The notes beneath the pieces were generated by a model. The model saw only the letters and a program-made list of their open reading frames with translations. It was not told where the DNA came from and ran no database searches. This document shows, piece after piece, positions 10,997 through 24,095 of a DNA stretch of 64,000 nucleotides (positions within the stretch are counted from its first letter, which is position 1; each line of letters opens with the position of its first letter). Origin of the DNA: Camelus dromedarius (lineage: Eukaryota); contig NC_087456.1 in assembly GCF_036321535.1 (NCBI RefSeq), positions 9,424,001-9,488,000 of the forward strand, given 5' to 3'. The position numbers and the translations under genes were made by a program.

Positions 10997-11229
10997 GGGA
11001 CATGCTCTCCCATCAACTTTACCCTCTCAGTGTTGTGGTTCTCAGCAAACCTTTTTTTTTTTTTAAGTAACATTTCCCAAGGAAGCAAATAAATAGGATG
11101 GTGTCTCTACTCTGGTCCAGAGGACTTCAGATGCCATCTTTCTCCTTCCCCAAGTGCCTGCTTTCCCTAAGAAACTGATTAGGGCTGGGGTTTGCTGATG
11201 CCCACCCCTCCCTCAGCCCCCATAGATTC

Positions 11230-11892
11230 AGCCGACACTTTCAATATTCTTCCTTGGGTTACTGTGAGAGCCCCTGACTGTTCCTCATCCCTGTCTCCGG
11301 TCTTGCATGTCTTCAGTCCATCTTCATGATTTACGCACAATGACTGTTCTAAAATGTGAATCCGACCATGTTGGTTCCTTGCTTAACATTCTCTTCATTA
11401 ATGTCAAGATAAAATACAAATCCCTTTGTGAGCCAAAAAAGCCCATTATGGGCTGTTCTTTCCAATCTCCCCTCTTAGGAGCCTCCCCATCCTAATTTCA
11501 CATTGATCTGCTTATAGACCATCCCTTACCTGGGAATCTCTTCAAGTGCGCTCCTTCTTCTCTGGAATATTCTCCCTGGAACTGCTTCCTCTTATCTGGC
11601 TAGCTTTCACTCAACCTGCAGGACTCATTCAGAGATGCTCTTCATTCAGATGCTATTCATAGTTGAGTGCCACAGATCAAATTTAAGATAGGCGTTTGTT
11701 CTTGGGATGCCTGCAACCTTTGGGCTTGCTGCAAGCATAGCAGTATCTCCCTGTCTTTACATTTTCTCTTTACTTGTCTTTTTTCCTACAACAACTTAAG
11801 AGTTTGAGGCAATGACTGAGCCTTAATCATCTTTTTAACCCTGGTACTTGATCAATAAAGTAGGTTCTTAGCAAATGCTGGATGAATAAATA
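11230..11892 (+). mobile_element. L2 LINE 3' region
   Basis: ctgttctaaaatgtgaatccgaccatgttggttccttgcttaac...tcaagataaaatacaaatccc...caataaagtaggttcttagcaaatgctggatgaataaat. Confidence 0.75.
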
Positions 11893-12350
11893 TTTGACCC
11901 ATGCCAATATAGGCTAATTCCTCACAAGTAAGCTGTTTCCTTTTTTTCCCTTCCTTTCTCCCTCCATCCTTCCCTCCCTTTCTCTCTTCTTTCTTTAATC
12001 TTTATTTCTCTCCTAGTTTGGGACGATTTATTTTTTCCTTTTTGCTACATATGGTGCATCACTGGGTTTAGCAGGGTGTCATTTTTTGGATAGATATCAC
12101 CTCCACAGTGTCCCCAGGTAAACCTGTTGAGAGATTTAGAGCCCTTCCTCAGTTCCCTCCCAGATTTCTTCGCTCTTACCACCAATCAGATACATATATG
12201 ATTACCCATATGATATCTGTACCTATCTATAGATCATGTCATGGCCAAGATAGCTGTGTTCTTGCTCACATTCTCCAAGTACTCCAGCAGAAAGGTGGAA
12301 GATTCTGCTCCCCCTTTTCCAACCACAATGTCAGACCACTTTATTAGGTT

Positions 12351-12540
12351 CCAGAGCAGGGGGCAATGGTGCAGACGGGGGATGGAGGTGTGGGAGCGAA
12401 CCCAGAGCACTGATCTTACCAGGTCGAGTCAGACGGGGGATGGAGGTGTGGGAGTGAACCCAGAGCAGTGGGGCAAAGGTGAGGATGGGGGATGGAGGTG
12501 TGGGAGCGAACCCAGAGCACTGATCTTACCAGGTCGAGTC
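12351..12540. repeat. Composite minisatellite: three cores with alternating spacers
   Basis: Core ggggatggaggtgtgggag(c/t)gaacccagagca at ~12377, 12435 and 12487. Spacer B ctgatcttaccaggtcgagtc occurs twice and spacer A ggggcaa(t/a)ggtg twice. Higher-order period 110 bp. Confidence 0.9.
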
Positions 12541-13189
12541 CGGTAAGGAACCATCCTTTCCCCTCTCCATCCCCTTTCCTTTGGAGGCTGGGAATTCACA
12601 GAGTCTTTGACAGTCACTAGTGTTGCCCATTAAATACTTCCAAGACTCACAGCAGGATTTACTTACTTGCCTGAATAGAAGTGGAGGGTTACCTCCAGAC
12701 AGAGGCTCCTGGAGCTGAAACGGGACCCACCGTTCTCAGATGGTGGCTGCTGGTGTCTCAGTGAGGATGACGATGCTCAGATGCAACCTGTACTGGGCAT
12801 GTATTGAGAAGTAAAGCTTCATGTAAAGCATTGATATTTGCAGGTTATTGGTTCCCACAGGGTGATCTGGTCTCCTCTGGCTGATGCACAGTCACTGAAA
12901 TAAAAACTTTCTCTTCACTAAAAGTCTCCTGCTGGGGATTCCGTGGGAAGATGGGGCTCAGCGTCATGTATACTCACACATCCGCAGCTCCTGCTCTCCC
13001 TGATCTGACCCTTGATCGTCTCACCTGATCTTCCCAGGGTGCTCTCACTAGGTGGACTTTGAGCTGTTGCTTCACTGGAGTGGACAGCTCTAGTTTAATT
13101 TCTGTAGCATCTGTCCCACTTCTGCTAAGATCAATTCCCACTGCCTTTGAGGGGCTGCTCCTGACCCACACCAACTTTATGATTCTAAT

Positions 13190-13590
13190 GGGCTGCCAAT
13201 CATAACATCAGGTATTCCTGACCACAGTAATATGCACATGATCTAAGCCTGACTATTCAGCGGTCTTCCACAAGGGATTGGTACAAAGGGTAGAAATATG
13301 ACCCAAGTTGGTCTAATTGGAGAACTCTGCTATTTTAAAGTAGGGATATAAGGGGCCTCTCTTTCCTTTGGGTTCTAAGAGAAGATGACGTGAACGCAGA
13401 GCATGCTTCCTGTGGCATGCCCATCTGCAGTAGAAGAGAGCTTTGCCAGCACACACTGAAACAGAGACAAGAGACATATATTTATATATAGAGAGAGAAA
13501 CCTGCCAGTTTGGGGAGTTAACAAATTCCCCCTTATTCTAAAACTAATCCAAGTTGTTTATCTGACAGTCTTAGAAAGAATTCTACTAAT
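13190..13590 (+). mobile_element. Old MLT1 (MaLR) LTR
   Basis: atgacccaagttggtctaat...gttaacaaattcccccttattctaaaactaatccaagttgtttatctgacagtcttagaaagaattctactaat resembles the MLT1J/K 3' end. Confidence 0.6.
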
Positions 13591-14619
13591 TCATCCAATG
13601 GTATTAAATCTTCTCTTTCCGAGCAATCCAGAGTTCTCCGTGTCCCTTCCCTCCACGCTCTGGTGGTAAACATGCGAGTGACTTCAGGTCTTTGGTCACA
13701 GTCTTCCTGGTGAGCAGACACTCAGCTCTGAGAGCCTCGGGGCTATGTAACCATTCACTTCACTAGCCAGCAGCCAGGTGCAGACCCTCTTCCACTTCCT
13801 GAACGCTGCTGAAACCAGAAGTAAGCAGATGTAATACAGAGCATATAACTTACACTCAATCTCATGGATATTACTCTAAGGACCATCTATACACAAAACC
13901 TCAGAGGTGATTTCCTCTCATTGTACATAGAATTATAAGACTTCTTCAATTTTCTCCTACCTTAAAATAGAAGTGGTGCCCCATCACGAAGGGTGAGGGT
14001 GGGGGTGCTTTGTGTCCTATGGGCAGGAAGTGACATTTATTAGTTGATTCAAAGAGCAGTTAGAAAAGCTATACACAGCAAGCAGAATGTCTGGAGTTTG
14101 GGGCCGTCAAATGTCAGGACAAAGAGTGTTTTACACAAGCAGAGTCCAGAACACATCGCTGTGCATCCTTGCACTGCACATCACTGCTGTAGCTTCCTGC
14201 AGAAGCCAATGCTCCTAATGGTGACCTTGAGTCAACATAATGGCCCATTTTCTTTGGGATCCATGGCTTATTAGGTAGGAGCCTGTAAAATTCATTCAAA
14301 AAAATACTATGATTAATTGTTTCAAATGCTTGGCACTCAAAGGGTTAAATTCCAGTCTTTCTAGCAGATTTATTTCTGTAGAACAGCCCTTTCTCTGATA
14401 GTGCTCGGTCGATGAGGTGTACGGCATTGCTTATCAATATAAATAATTTGCAGTATGGATATCTTTGTTTTGTTTGTATGCACGCTCTTTAGTATGCGAT
14501 AATGTTTGTGAGCGCATTTTGTAAACAGTAAACAGCAATACAGTGTTTTTTACCACCATGTTCTGTAGAAGTCCTGCAGGACACTGAGACCTCCTGGCTT
14601 CTCCCTAAAAGTCCCGGGA

Positions 14620-14825
14620 CAAGAGTCATTCTCAAGTTTAGTGCACATCAAGCTCTTTGGGGGAATTTGCTAACAGTGAAGATTCCCAGGGCCCACTCTC
14701 AGATATTCTGATTTAATGGTTCTGGGGTGGAACCCGGAAATCTGTGTTTTTGAAAAAAGGGCTCTGATCCTCCCCCAGTGACTCTAACACAGGTATTCCA
14801 AAGTCTGTCTTTTTAAACATATTGC
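14620..14825. mobile_element. MER5A-type hAT MITE
   Basis: gtcattctcaagtttagtgcacatc...gattcccagggcccactctcagatattctgatttaatggttctggggtggaacccggaaatctg. Confidence 0.8.
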
Positions 14826-15344
14826 TCCGTGCTTCTCCAGAGACTCCAACTGCCCTGGGATGCTTGCCTTTCCTGCAATGGATCTGAGAAGAAATTTCCC
14901 CTCCTGTACTGTGTCTAAAGTCAGAGCCCAGACCTGAATGGTCGATCAGAGGCTGGAAGTCATAAAATGAAATAGGATCTGGTTGAGGTGACTGAAATAA
15001 GTTGGAGGAAAAAAAAAATAAAGACTTCCTAAGTCAAGTTTTAGATGGTGGTATAATTAGAATTATTATCCATTATTTATGTGGCTGATGATGATCATGA
15101 GATGCTTGATGACTCTATGTTAATAGGCAGTGTCTTTGCTGAAGGGAAATGTGACATTGGTCTATCCTTTCTCTCTCCTGCCTCCCTCCCACTGTCTCTC
15201 TGCTTCTAGTGAGACCCAGCCAGTTCTAACAGCATTTCTGGTGTGGCACCTGGTAGGAGTTTGTGACAGAGAAGTGAAGCACAACGTTCAGAGTCTGATT
15301 TAGAAACTGGACATCTTTCTCCATCACATCAATTGTTTGAGAGC

Positions 15345-15570
15345 AGTTACAGGTGCCTCTGCCATTCTTTGACCACCCTCCGTGTGTTGGACATTTGTCA
15401 TAGGTGACTTCATAAAACTCTCACAGCAACCTTGGACGTAGGTACTGTCTCTTTAAAGATGAAGAAGCTAAGGTTCAAAGAGGTTAAATGACCAGCTCGT
15501 GGCAACACAACCAATAAACAGTGGAACCAGGTGACCTGAGTGTTACTCCCCTGGTCTTTTCACTACTTAC
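15345..15570 (-). mobile_element. MIR SINE
   Basis: ctctcacagcaaccttggacgtaggtactg...agatgaagaagctaaggttcaaagaggttaaatgacc. Confidence 0.75.
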
Positions 15571-16072
15571 CACCGTATCAGGGCTCTCCAAGGGCCCTCA
15601 AAGGGAAAAGAGCATGCAGGGTCTCTAGTCTGGTGGCCCCTCTGCCCTCACTGTGGTCAACAGTGATCCTTGTCTGCTCTTGTCAGCTTTGGTGAGTCTC
15701 CCCTGGGTTCTTCCAGCATCAAGGCCTGGACCACTTACCAGAGGAGCACTCTTGGCAGAGCGGGATCAATCTTAACCTGAAGGTTTCCAAGAACAAAAAG
15801 TACTTAATACCCATCATCCTAGCCCAGTGGATAAACTACATTAGCTTCACAATTGCCTTTGCTATGACAAATTATTTTTTTCCTTCCTTCACCTGGACAT
15901 CTGCTTTCAAGAAGTCAAGATCTATCATGTGAGGTTGGTATGTCCTAGGAGAAAGGGGAAATGCAAAGTTAAGCATAGTCTGTCAAGACAAGGGGCAATT
16001 GGGCTTGAAAAATCATGGCTCTTCAGGGGCAGTGATATCCTGGTTTAGTGCAATGAAAGTCCTCGTGCCCAG

Positions 16073-16444
16073 NNNNNNNNNNNNNNNNNNNNNNNNNNNN
16101 NNNNNNNNNNNNNNNNNNNNNNNNNNNNNNNNNNNNNNNNNNNNNNNNNNNNNNNNNNNNNNNNNNNNNNNNNNNNNNNNNNNNNNNNNNNNNNNNNNNN
16201 NNNNNNNNNNNNNNNNNNNNNNNNNNNNNNNNNNNNNNNNNNNNNNNNNNNNNNNNNNNNNNNNNNNNNNNNNNNNNNNNNNNNNNNNNNNNNNNNNNNN
16301 NNNNNNNNNNNNNNNNNNNNNNNNNNNNNNNNNNNNNNNNNNNNNNNNNNNNNNNNNNNNNNNNNNNNNNNNNNNNNNNNNNNNNNNNNNNNNNNNNNNN
16401 NNNNNNNNNNNNNNNNNNNNNNNNNNNNNNNNNNNNNNNNNNNN
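16073..16444. other. Assembly gap (N-run)
   Basis: 372 N. Confidence 1.
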
Positions 16445-16859
16445 TTTTCATTTATCATCAGCTGCTGGCTTTAGCCTTAAAGCCTGCCACATATTCTCGA
16501 GCCCTGGGTTTCCTCATTCCCTTTTTTGAAGCCCATGAAAAGCCCAGGTCTGTTTACCCAAGGGACAGTCAGAGGTGTTGACTATTGTTCCCAGAAACTC
16601 CATAGCCCTTTGACCTTTCTCTTTGGCTCTGGGCAAGTGCGTAGGAGGAAGGTGTAAGTAAATTTCAGGCTGGAAAATACTCTTTGGGGGCTTGTACCAA
16701 AGATCATGAATGAGATCATGGAGTAGAAGAGAAGGTTCCTTGCACGTTCTCAGAGACTGAGTCTGTTTCGGTAGACAAAGATCTCTGCTGACAGTGAAGG
16801 TTTACCCCGCACGCACGCACCGCGGTGATGACCCCAGGTGCTGGGTGATATGAGGTAAG

Positions 16860-17015
16860 AGTACCTGCTTTATACCTGGATGAATTCTGGCTTCATTATT
16901 CACAATTCTTGGAACCTTGGACAATTTCTTTTACCTCTTTGTTCCTCCATTTTATCCTCTACTAAATGGAGATGCTTACAACCCCATGGGATTATTGAGA
17001 AGATTAAATGAACTA
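16860..17015 (+). mobile_element. MIR SINE
   Basis: gaaccttggacaatttcttttacctctttgttcctccattttatcctctactaaatggag...gaagattaaatga. Confidence 0.7.
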
Positions 17016-17414
17016 TCAGTGACACCACTGGCTCAAATGTGAGTTCTTCCTCTCCTTTCTACTGTTCTTTTAAACCACTGGAATTCATGGTAAGGTGGCC
17101 AATGGGAAGTAAGGAGGCCCCATCTCTTAGCCACAAATGGCTGTTTTGAGAAATGCCACCAAGCTAGAAGCAGGGATACCTGGTTCAATTTCCATTTTTG
17201 TGGCTAACCTGCTGTGACCTTGAGTGAGTTGTCATATTTCCAGGTCCCCGTTCCCTCTTCTCTTAGAAGAAAAGTGTCTGGCTTCTCCTTTCCTTGTAAG
17301 GTGAGAAAGTAGTAAAGTCAATGTACTTATATGAGCTCACATTTTAAGGAGACATTTCATAGTCATAGAATTTTAATGCTAAGAAGAGGTTATCTAGGAA
17401 GGGAGGGAATTAAG

Positions 17415-17790
17415 ATTCATTAGAAATACTCACCATGTTCAAAGTGCTTTATATGCAGCACCATATTTAATCCTAACAACCCTATTAGGGAGGTGGAGTT
17501 ACGCCCAATTTACAGAAGTGGAAGCTGAGGCTCAGAGGGTCACTTTTAGGTAACTTAACCCCAGGTCACACAGCTAAAATGTGGCAGAGGCAGAACTCAA
17601 ACCTAGATCCACAGGACTTCAAAGCCCACTGTCTTCCCACTGTACCATGTTTCTGCATCTGTAATTCTCATTTTGCAGGTGACAGAGCTGGGAGTCAAGA
17701 GATGTTGAAACATTCATCTATGAACTTAGCTGATTAGTGAAAAACTCAAGACTAGAACTCAGTTTTCCTGATTGCTATTCCAAAGCCTCT
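17415..17790 (-). mobile_element. Two adjacent MIR SINEs (~17415-17647 and ~17667-17790)
   Basis: cccaatttacagaagtggaagctgaggctcagagg...ccccaggtcacacagct...gaactcaaacctag, followed by a second ctcattttgcaggtgacagagctggg core. Confidence 0.75.
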
Positions 17791-17918
17791 CCCCGCTCCC
17801 AAGTGGATATAAGTCATCTAACGTAACACTGTATCTTCCATTATTATTTCAAAGATGTTTTGTTTTCATTTCTGTTAGATTTTCAACAGACAGAGACTCC
17901 TAACATTTTAGCTCTCAG

Positions 17919-18058
17919 NNNNNNNNNNNNNNNNNNNNNNNNNNNNNNNNNNNNNNNNNNNNNNNNNNNNNNNNNNNNNNNNNNNNNNNNNNNNNNNNNN
18001 NNNNNNNNNNNNNNNNNNNNNNNNNNNNNNNNNNNNNNNNNNNNNNNNNNNNNNNNNN
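17919..18058. other. Assembly gap (N-run)
   Basis: 140 N. Confidence 1.
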
Positions 18059-21000
18059 ACCTTCTCACTCTGCGAGCTAGAGTGAAGCTAGCTATTATTT
18101 TTCTTCTTCAAAAGGGAGATCTGAGACCCACATTGCTTGAGCAACTGACTCAAGGACATAGCTGATCAGAGGCTGAACCAGGCCTGTAATGCTTGAGGGA
18201 GAGCTGTATTTTATTCACCTCTCAACCTTGATCTTCAGCAGAGAATCTGGACATAGTGTGTGTTGGTTTAAAGAACAAATCAACTCATGCATTCATGGAT
18301 GATGAGTTGAACCCCGGTTTCCCTACCTCCAGTGTAGGTTTCCTGTTTTTTTTTCCCCCAAAACCTTTTGTAATGGGGGAATTTTGCCTGTCTGCTGAGT
18401 GCTTCATGTAGTGGGCTTTCTTGAAGCAGGGCAGACCTGGAGAGTGCATTTCAAAATGTGGATGTCTTATTTGCAGATCACCAGGGTAGCAGGTCTGAAC
18501 ACAGACCTGGATGGGTGAATGAGTAAATTTGCACACGGTACCCCAAACTAAACTCTGGCTCAATTTAAGGCAGTGTTAGTGTCCTATTAATGGGATGAGA
18601 AAGGGGATGCCTGGAGAAGAGACATTTGTGAATTGTCTCCTCAGATTAAAGGATCTTCGAAATGGAAAACGTTATCCCTCTGATTAATTAGCCCTACACT
18701 TTACACTTCTGGACTTTTAAATGAAAAGCGAAAAGAAAAGAGGAAAAAATACCACTGTGTTTTTGGAAGCTCGTCTCATTTTTTTTTTCCCCTCTTTCCA
18801 GCCCTCCACTTAGCCGCCCCAAAAGGCAGTGATGAACGGTACACACTACAAAAGGGGGCCGGCGGGCACACATGGCCCGGTGATGTTTCTGTCAGGGCAG
18901 CTCAAAGGGAAGGCTGCACCACATGCCGCGTCCCTCTTTCCTCCCTAAACAAATGTTGTTTTTCCTGAAGTGGTGAAGTCCTGATTTAATTACAGGGAGG
19001 AAGAAAGAGAAACGTTCATTCTCTGTTAAGAAGGGAGATTGGTTGGCTCGGGTAGGATGGGGACCAGAATTCTTGGGTCCCTGTGTCCCCTTGCTCAATG
19101 ACGCATTCTGCCTTGGTTTCCCCATCCATCACACACACACACAAAAGGAACAAAGCTTTCCCACCTGTCTCAGGGGATGTGAAAGGATTGCTTTTTACCA
19201 GTTGATCAGATGGCAAAAACTACTAGAGAGGAGAGAAAAGGGCATGAGAGGGGCTGTGAAGACCAGTGGTGACAACTTCATATATTTGTTTCCTGTCAGT
19301 ATGAGAGATGGGGCTCAATAAAGGAGAGAAGTGGGGCATATTTCCCCTTGGGGAGATTTTGCAATATACCAGGTGTCCCCTACCCGATCCCCTCAATCCT
19401 AGGCAAAGATATTTTTGTTGAGATGATATTCAAAATCCTGAGAGCAGAGGGATGGACTTCTTGACCTCTCGAAGACCTTTTTCAAACCATGATTCTGGGA
19501 CACTGATCTTTGCAAGCAGATCTTTGGGAATTAAAGACGATGCATCTTCACTGAAAGGCACTCCATCCTTCTCCCAGCCTGCAGCGTAGGGATGGTTCCA
19601 CTCATTAGCGGGCAGGCCTGTTTCTCAGGGACTGGCCTACTCTTCCTAAGCAACTATTGTCTCCTTTGCTATTCAGCTGTCAGCACTTTTCCCATGATGC
19701 TGCTGACTTTCAGCCTGAAAAGAGCCCTTTCCCTGCTGTGCAGCGAGGCAAGTTCCATCCAAGGGGGTGGTAACCCCGCCTCCGCCATGGACAAAGGGCA
19801 GGCCCCCTCCTAATATCACACAGCGATCTCAGCTGGCCCTAGTCCGGTGAAAACAAGGAGGTGGGAAGACAGGTAAATGAGTAACTCTTATCTGTATTCC
19901 TGGACATTCTTCGAGTTGGGCAAAAAGGTTACATAGAGCCAAAATACGTCAGCCTAGGAGTTGAAAAAAATGAGACGCTATGAGAAATCAACCTAAGATT
20001 AACTGGACCATGCATTTATTTTTAGAAATTAGGCAAAACCCCAAAGAGATCATGTCATGTCGCCTGGGGGAAGTGCTCAGACTAGAAGTCCAGATATTTA
20101 GGCTCTGGTTTCAACTCTGGAGCTAACAAATTAGCTTGTCTGAATCCAACATGCTGCAAGGCTAGTGAATGGCAGCAAATCACTTGACCAGAAGGTGAGC
20201 TTAGCTGACTCTCTGTATCTGCCTGAAAACAGATCTGCTCATAGGCAGGGAGCATTTAATGGTACCTAAAATCGTGGTCACCTTAAACGTGGGAAACTGC
20301 CCGGTTTCTAGACACATTTGTCACAGGTGTCAAAGGTATTTACTCTAAAGGTTGCTTTTTGAATTCCAATTTATCTTAAAACATACTGGAAAGAGAAGGA
20401 GAAAGATAATTCTCTAGTTCTGTACACACTGGAGTTTTAATTATCATTATTAAAGAAATACTTCCAGAATATGAAAAAATGATACATTGTACCCCCAACA
20501 CCAATCATTCTTTCTCCTTACTCCTGGGGTGTCTTTGTGAGAATCTTGCCGGGAAGGCTCCAGAATGGACAGGCTAGATCCAGAATTGCTGTGTCCTCTG
20601 TCCTGGGGTTGCTGGTGTTGGAGGCAAGTAGAAATCCTGGCTTGGAAAAAATAGAAAGGTGAAAAGTTCATGAGACGTTTGAAGCTGAAAAAAATGAAAA
20701 TCGTATATCTATTAGAGGAAAGGAGAGATGGAATTTCTAAAATTGCTAATGGGACTAATGTGCCTGTTTTCCCTTGAGAAGCAGGCTCATCCCACACCTC
20801 AGGATGTTACGGGTCTCCTGCATTTTCCTGCTGCCTTAGGAATCTTTTGTCACGTGGCTTCTCTTTTCTCCTTTGTTTTATTCTTTGGCATCACTTCCTC
20901 CACCTCAGGCTTCCAGATAATCAGCCCCATGACACCAGGTGACTTGCTCCGGTTCAGCATAATTGAGTTCTCACATTCACTTGAAATTTGGGCCCCTTCG

Positions 21001-21414
21001 GAGCTGGCCAAGCCCGGTAATTAAAATGTCCCCTTCATCTCTAATTGCTTCATTTAACATCTAGTGGAATGGTTTAGGGGCCCGAGCGCCCTCTGCAGCG
21101 ATCTGTCGTGCCCTGGGTAACGGACAAGCAGCACCCCTCGCCCTGGATTCAGGCACAGTAGTCTATTTTGGGGCTGGGCATTTTTGAATCCCAGTGGTCC
21201 TTTGACCCACTGTGCTTTTCTCACTTGTTTGGAAAATGTGTTTTTAATTTTCTCTGTCTTCCTGGGTTTCTAGGGGAGCCAGTCCCTGTCCCACACCCAC
21301 ACAGAGGGAGATAGGACATCTCCCAGCAAACCTTGTTATCACACAGGCCATTGCGTTGTATTCTCATCTAAGTCAGGTGCGGTGGGTGGGGAGAAGCTCT
21401 GGGTTGGGATGGGC

Positions 21415-21620
21415 AAAGTCAGAATCTGAGTCCCAGCTCTACAGCCCTTGATCTACCAGTGTCTCTTTGTGACCTTGGCAAGTCCCTGGACTGAGCTCCC
21501 TCCAGCCTCACTTTGCTCAGTTGCAAATGGCGGAGTGATATCCACATGCAAGGTGACTGTGAGGACCAAACAAGGAAAGTGAGGGAAGTTTGGTAATGTC
21601 TTAAATGATAAAGCATTTAA
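21415..21620 (+). mobile_element. MIR (MIR3/MIRc-like) SINE
   Basis: ctgagtcccagctctac...tgtgaccttggcaagtcc...ccagcctcactttgctcagttgcaaatgg. Confidence 0.7.
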
Positions 21621-22227
21621 CTTATCGTTGTGGCACAGAGGCCATCTGGGATCTCGAATGCGACACTCAGAGACTACTTCTCATTTGCATCCTCTAAACG
21701 TGGCTGTGGGAGAGGGGCGATGACTGAATACAGTGAGCGGTATATGGCAGGAGGGGGTGATGATGGTCACAGGGAAATGCTGCTGCAAGAAGCCTCAAGG
21801 CCACGATTCTTTAAATCTCTTTTCTATATTGCTCTTCTCAAAGGAAGCATGGTTGGACAGCAGGGGTAGGTACCTCCCCATCAGAGGGAGTCCATGATGC
21901 CACAGGCGCCCTGCTGAGGAAAAGTGGGCATCAGTAGCTTTCACTCATAATTTGAAAAATTGGTTAGTGTAGCAGATTAGAGTTAGATTTGCTGAAACAC
22001 GTTCATGTGTTAAGGAAAGTCTAGCGAAGTGCTTTTGCGTGTCCCTTGGGAGCAGAGAAAGCTAGGTTGGTGATACTAAGACCCTTCTCCACTGAAAGTG
22101 AAGGAAAAAAAAATGGTCCAAATACTGCTATGTCTACTCATATCTTTTCAATGAGCTTAATAATGCTTCAAATCTAGTAACTTCCACATTTTAAGCATCT
22201 CAAAGTACTAAGGCTTCTTTTTGTGGG

Positions 22228-22228
<1 letters not shown>

Positions 22229-22259
<31 letters not shown>
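22229..22259. repeat. (TG)n microsatellite
   Basis: Pure TG tract. Confidence 0.97.
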
Positions 22260-22262
<3 letters not shown>

Positions 22263-22413
22263 CACGTGTGTACTTGTGCTCTTGTGGATGGATGGGGTAT
22301 GAGGAGTGAGGAATCCACCATCTCTATGTAGGGAGAGATGCTATGAGAAGACAACTCCAAGAGCTGAGCATCTTGAACCGGCCTGCTTGTTTGGAGGGAA
22401 AGTGTATCCTTGG

Positions 22414-22581
22414 GGGCTGCCAGATTTAGCAAACAAAAATACAGGAGGCTCGATTAAATTTGAATTTCAGATGAACAATGAATCCCTTATTAGTATATGT
22501 GTGTACCATGCACTGTTGGGAACACACACTGTTGTGAAATTCAGATTTGGTGGGGCATCCTGCATTTTGTCTGTCACCTCT
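22414..22581. mobile_element. MER53-type hAT MITE
   Basis: gggctgccagatttagcaaacaaaaatacagg...ttaaatttgaatttcagatgaacaatg...gaaattcagattt...catcctgcatttt; palindromic MER53 architecture. Confidence 0.85.
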
Positions 22582-22802
22582 ACTTGGGTGGGGCAGTAGG
22601 CAATGTCAGAGTCTCTTTGGATTATGAAGCAAGCACACAACTATTATTGTTTTTCCAAGGTTTACAGTGCCCGTGAGAGTCAGAAAATTGGAAGTAGGAG
22701 ATTAAAGACCTTGTACCCAATCAAGTGTTGGGAAATTTTCCTGCTGTACAGCTTAAAACAATAGATATGCTGAAAAAAAACACCCAGTTAGTTATTCAAA
22801 CA

Positions 22803-24095
22803 GATGTTATAAACCTCCTAGAAAAAAACATAAGCAAAGCATTTTTTGAAATAAATCTAAGCAATGTCTCCTAGGTCAGCCTACCCAGGCAAAAGAAATA
22901 AAAGCAAAAATAAACAAATGCGACCTAATTAAACTTATAAGCTTTTTCACAGAAAAGGAAACCATAAACAAAACAGAAAGACGCCTACGGAATAGGAGAA
23001 AATATTTGCAAATGATTCTATTGACAAGAGCTTACTTTCCAGAACATACAAACAGCTCATACAACTTAACAACAACAACAACAAAAAACAATCCAATCCA
23101 AAATGGGCAGAAGACCTAAACAAGCAATTCTCCAATGAAGGCATACAAATGGCCAATAGGCACATGAGAAAGTGCTCAGTATCATTAATTATCAGAGAAC
23201 TGCAAATCAAAACTACAACGAGGTATCACCTCACACCAGTCAGAATGGCCATCATTCACAAGTCCACAACGATGAATGCTGGAGAGGCTGTGGAGAAAAG
23301 GGAAACTTCCTACACTGATAGTGGGAATGTAGTTTGGTGCAGCTGTTATGGAGAACAGTATGGAGATTTCTTAAAAAAACTGAAAATAAGCTTACCATAT
23401 GATCCAGGAATCCTACTCCTGGGTGTATATCTGGAAGGAACTCTAATTCGAAAAGATACACGCACCCCAGTGTTCACAGCAGCACTATTTGCAGTAACCA
23501 AGACATGGAATCAACCTAAATGTATAATGACAGATGACTGGAAAAAGAAGTTGTGGTATATTTACACAATGGAATACTACTCTGCCATAAAAAATTTAAA
23601 ATGCCATTTGCAGCAACTTGGATACACCTCAGTGGTCATTCTAAGTGAAGAAAGCCAGAAAGAGAAAGAAAAATACTATATGATAATCACTTACATGTGT
23701 AATCTAAAAAAAAAAAAACATAAATGAACTTATTTACAAAACAGAAACAGACTCACAGACATAGAAAACAAACTTATGGTTACAAGGGGGGAAATGGGTG
23801 AGGAGGGATAAACTGGGAGTTTGAGATTTGCAGATACTAACTACTATACCTAAACTAGATAAACAACAAGTTTATACTGTGCAGCACAGGGAACTATATT
23901 GAGTATCTTGTAGTAACCTATAATGAAATAATGAAAAAGGATATGAAAAATTATGTTTGTATATGTACAACTGAACTATTATGCTGTACACCAGAAATTG
24001 ACACAACATTGTCAACTGACTACACTTCAATTAAAAAAATATATATATGCATAAAAAATAAAATATAAAAAACAAAAACCAAAAAAACCCAAAAC
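22803..24095 (+). mobile_element. 5'-truncated lineage-specific L1 (ORF2 C-terminus + 3'UTR + A-rich tail)
   Basis: ORF2 tail sequence, then 3'UTR aaacagaaacagactcacagacatagaaaacaaacttatggttac...gggagtttgagatttgcagatac...gaaattgacacaacattgtcaactgactacacttcaattaaaaaa. Confidence 0.95.
23149..23727 (+). pseudogene. L1 ORF2p C-terminal remnant
   Basis: [35 protein letters not shown]...[13 protein letters not shown]...TPVFTAALF...KTWNQPKC...[15 protein letters not shown] matches the L1 ORF2 cysteine-rich C-terminus. Confidence 0.92.

Noticed and set aside
12667-12787. Possible 121-nt minus-strand exon (CAA|GTAAGT donor)
   Set aside because: The polypyrimidine tract is weak and all three frames contain stops. 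Not supportable without RNA data.
14495-14545. Tandem forkhead motifs GTAAACA-GTAAACA at 14521-14534
   Set aside because: The context matches the degenerate MIR 3' end (…gcgctttgtaaactgtaaagcgctatac…), so repeat origin explains it. Co-option is not excluded.
23149-23727. 192-aa ORF as a host gene
   Set aside because: It is an L1 ORF2 C-terminal remnant within a 5'-truncated element.
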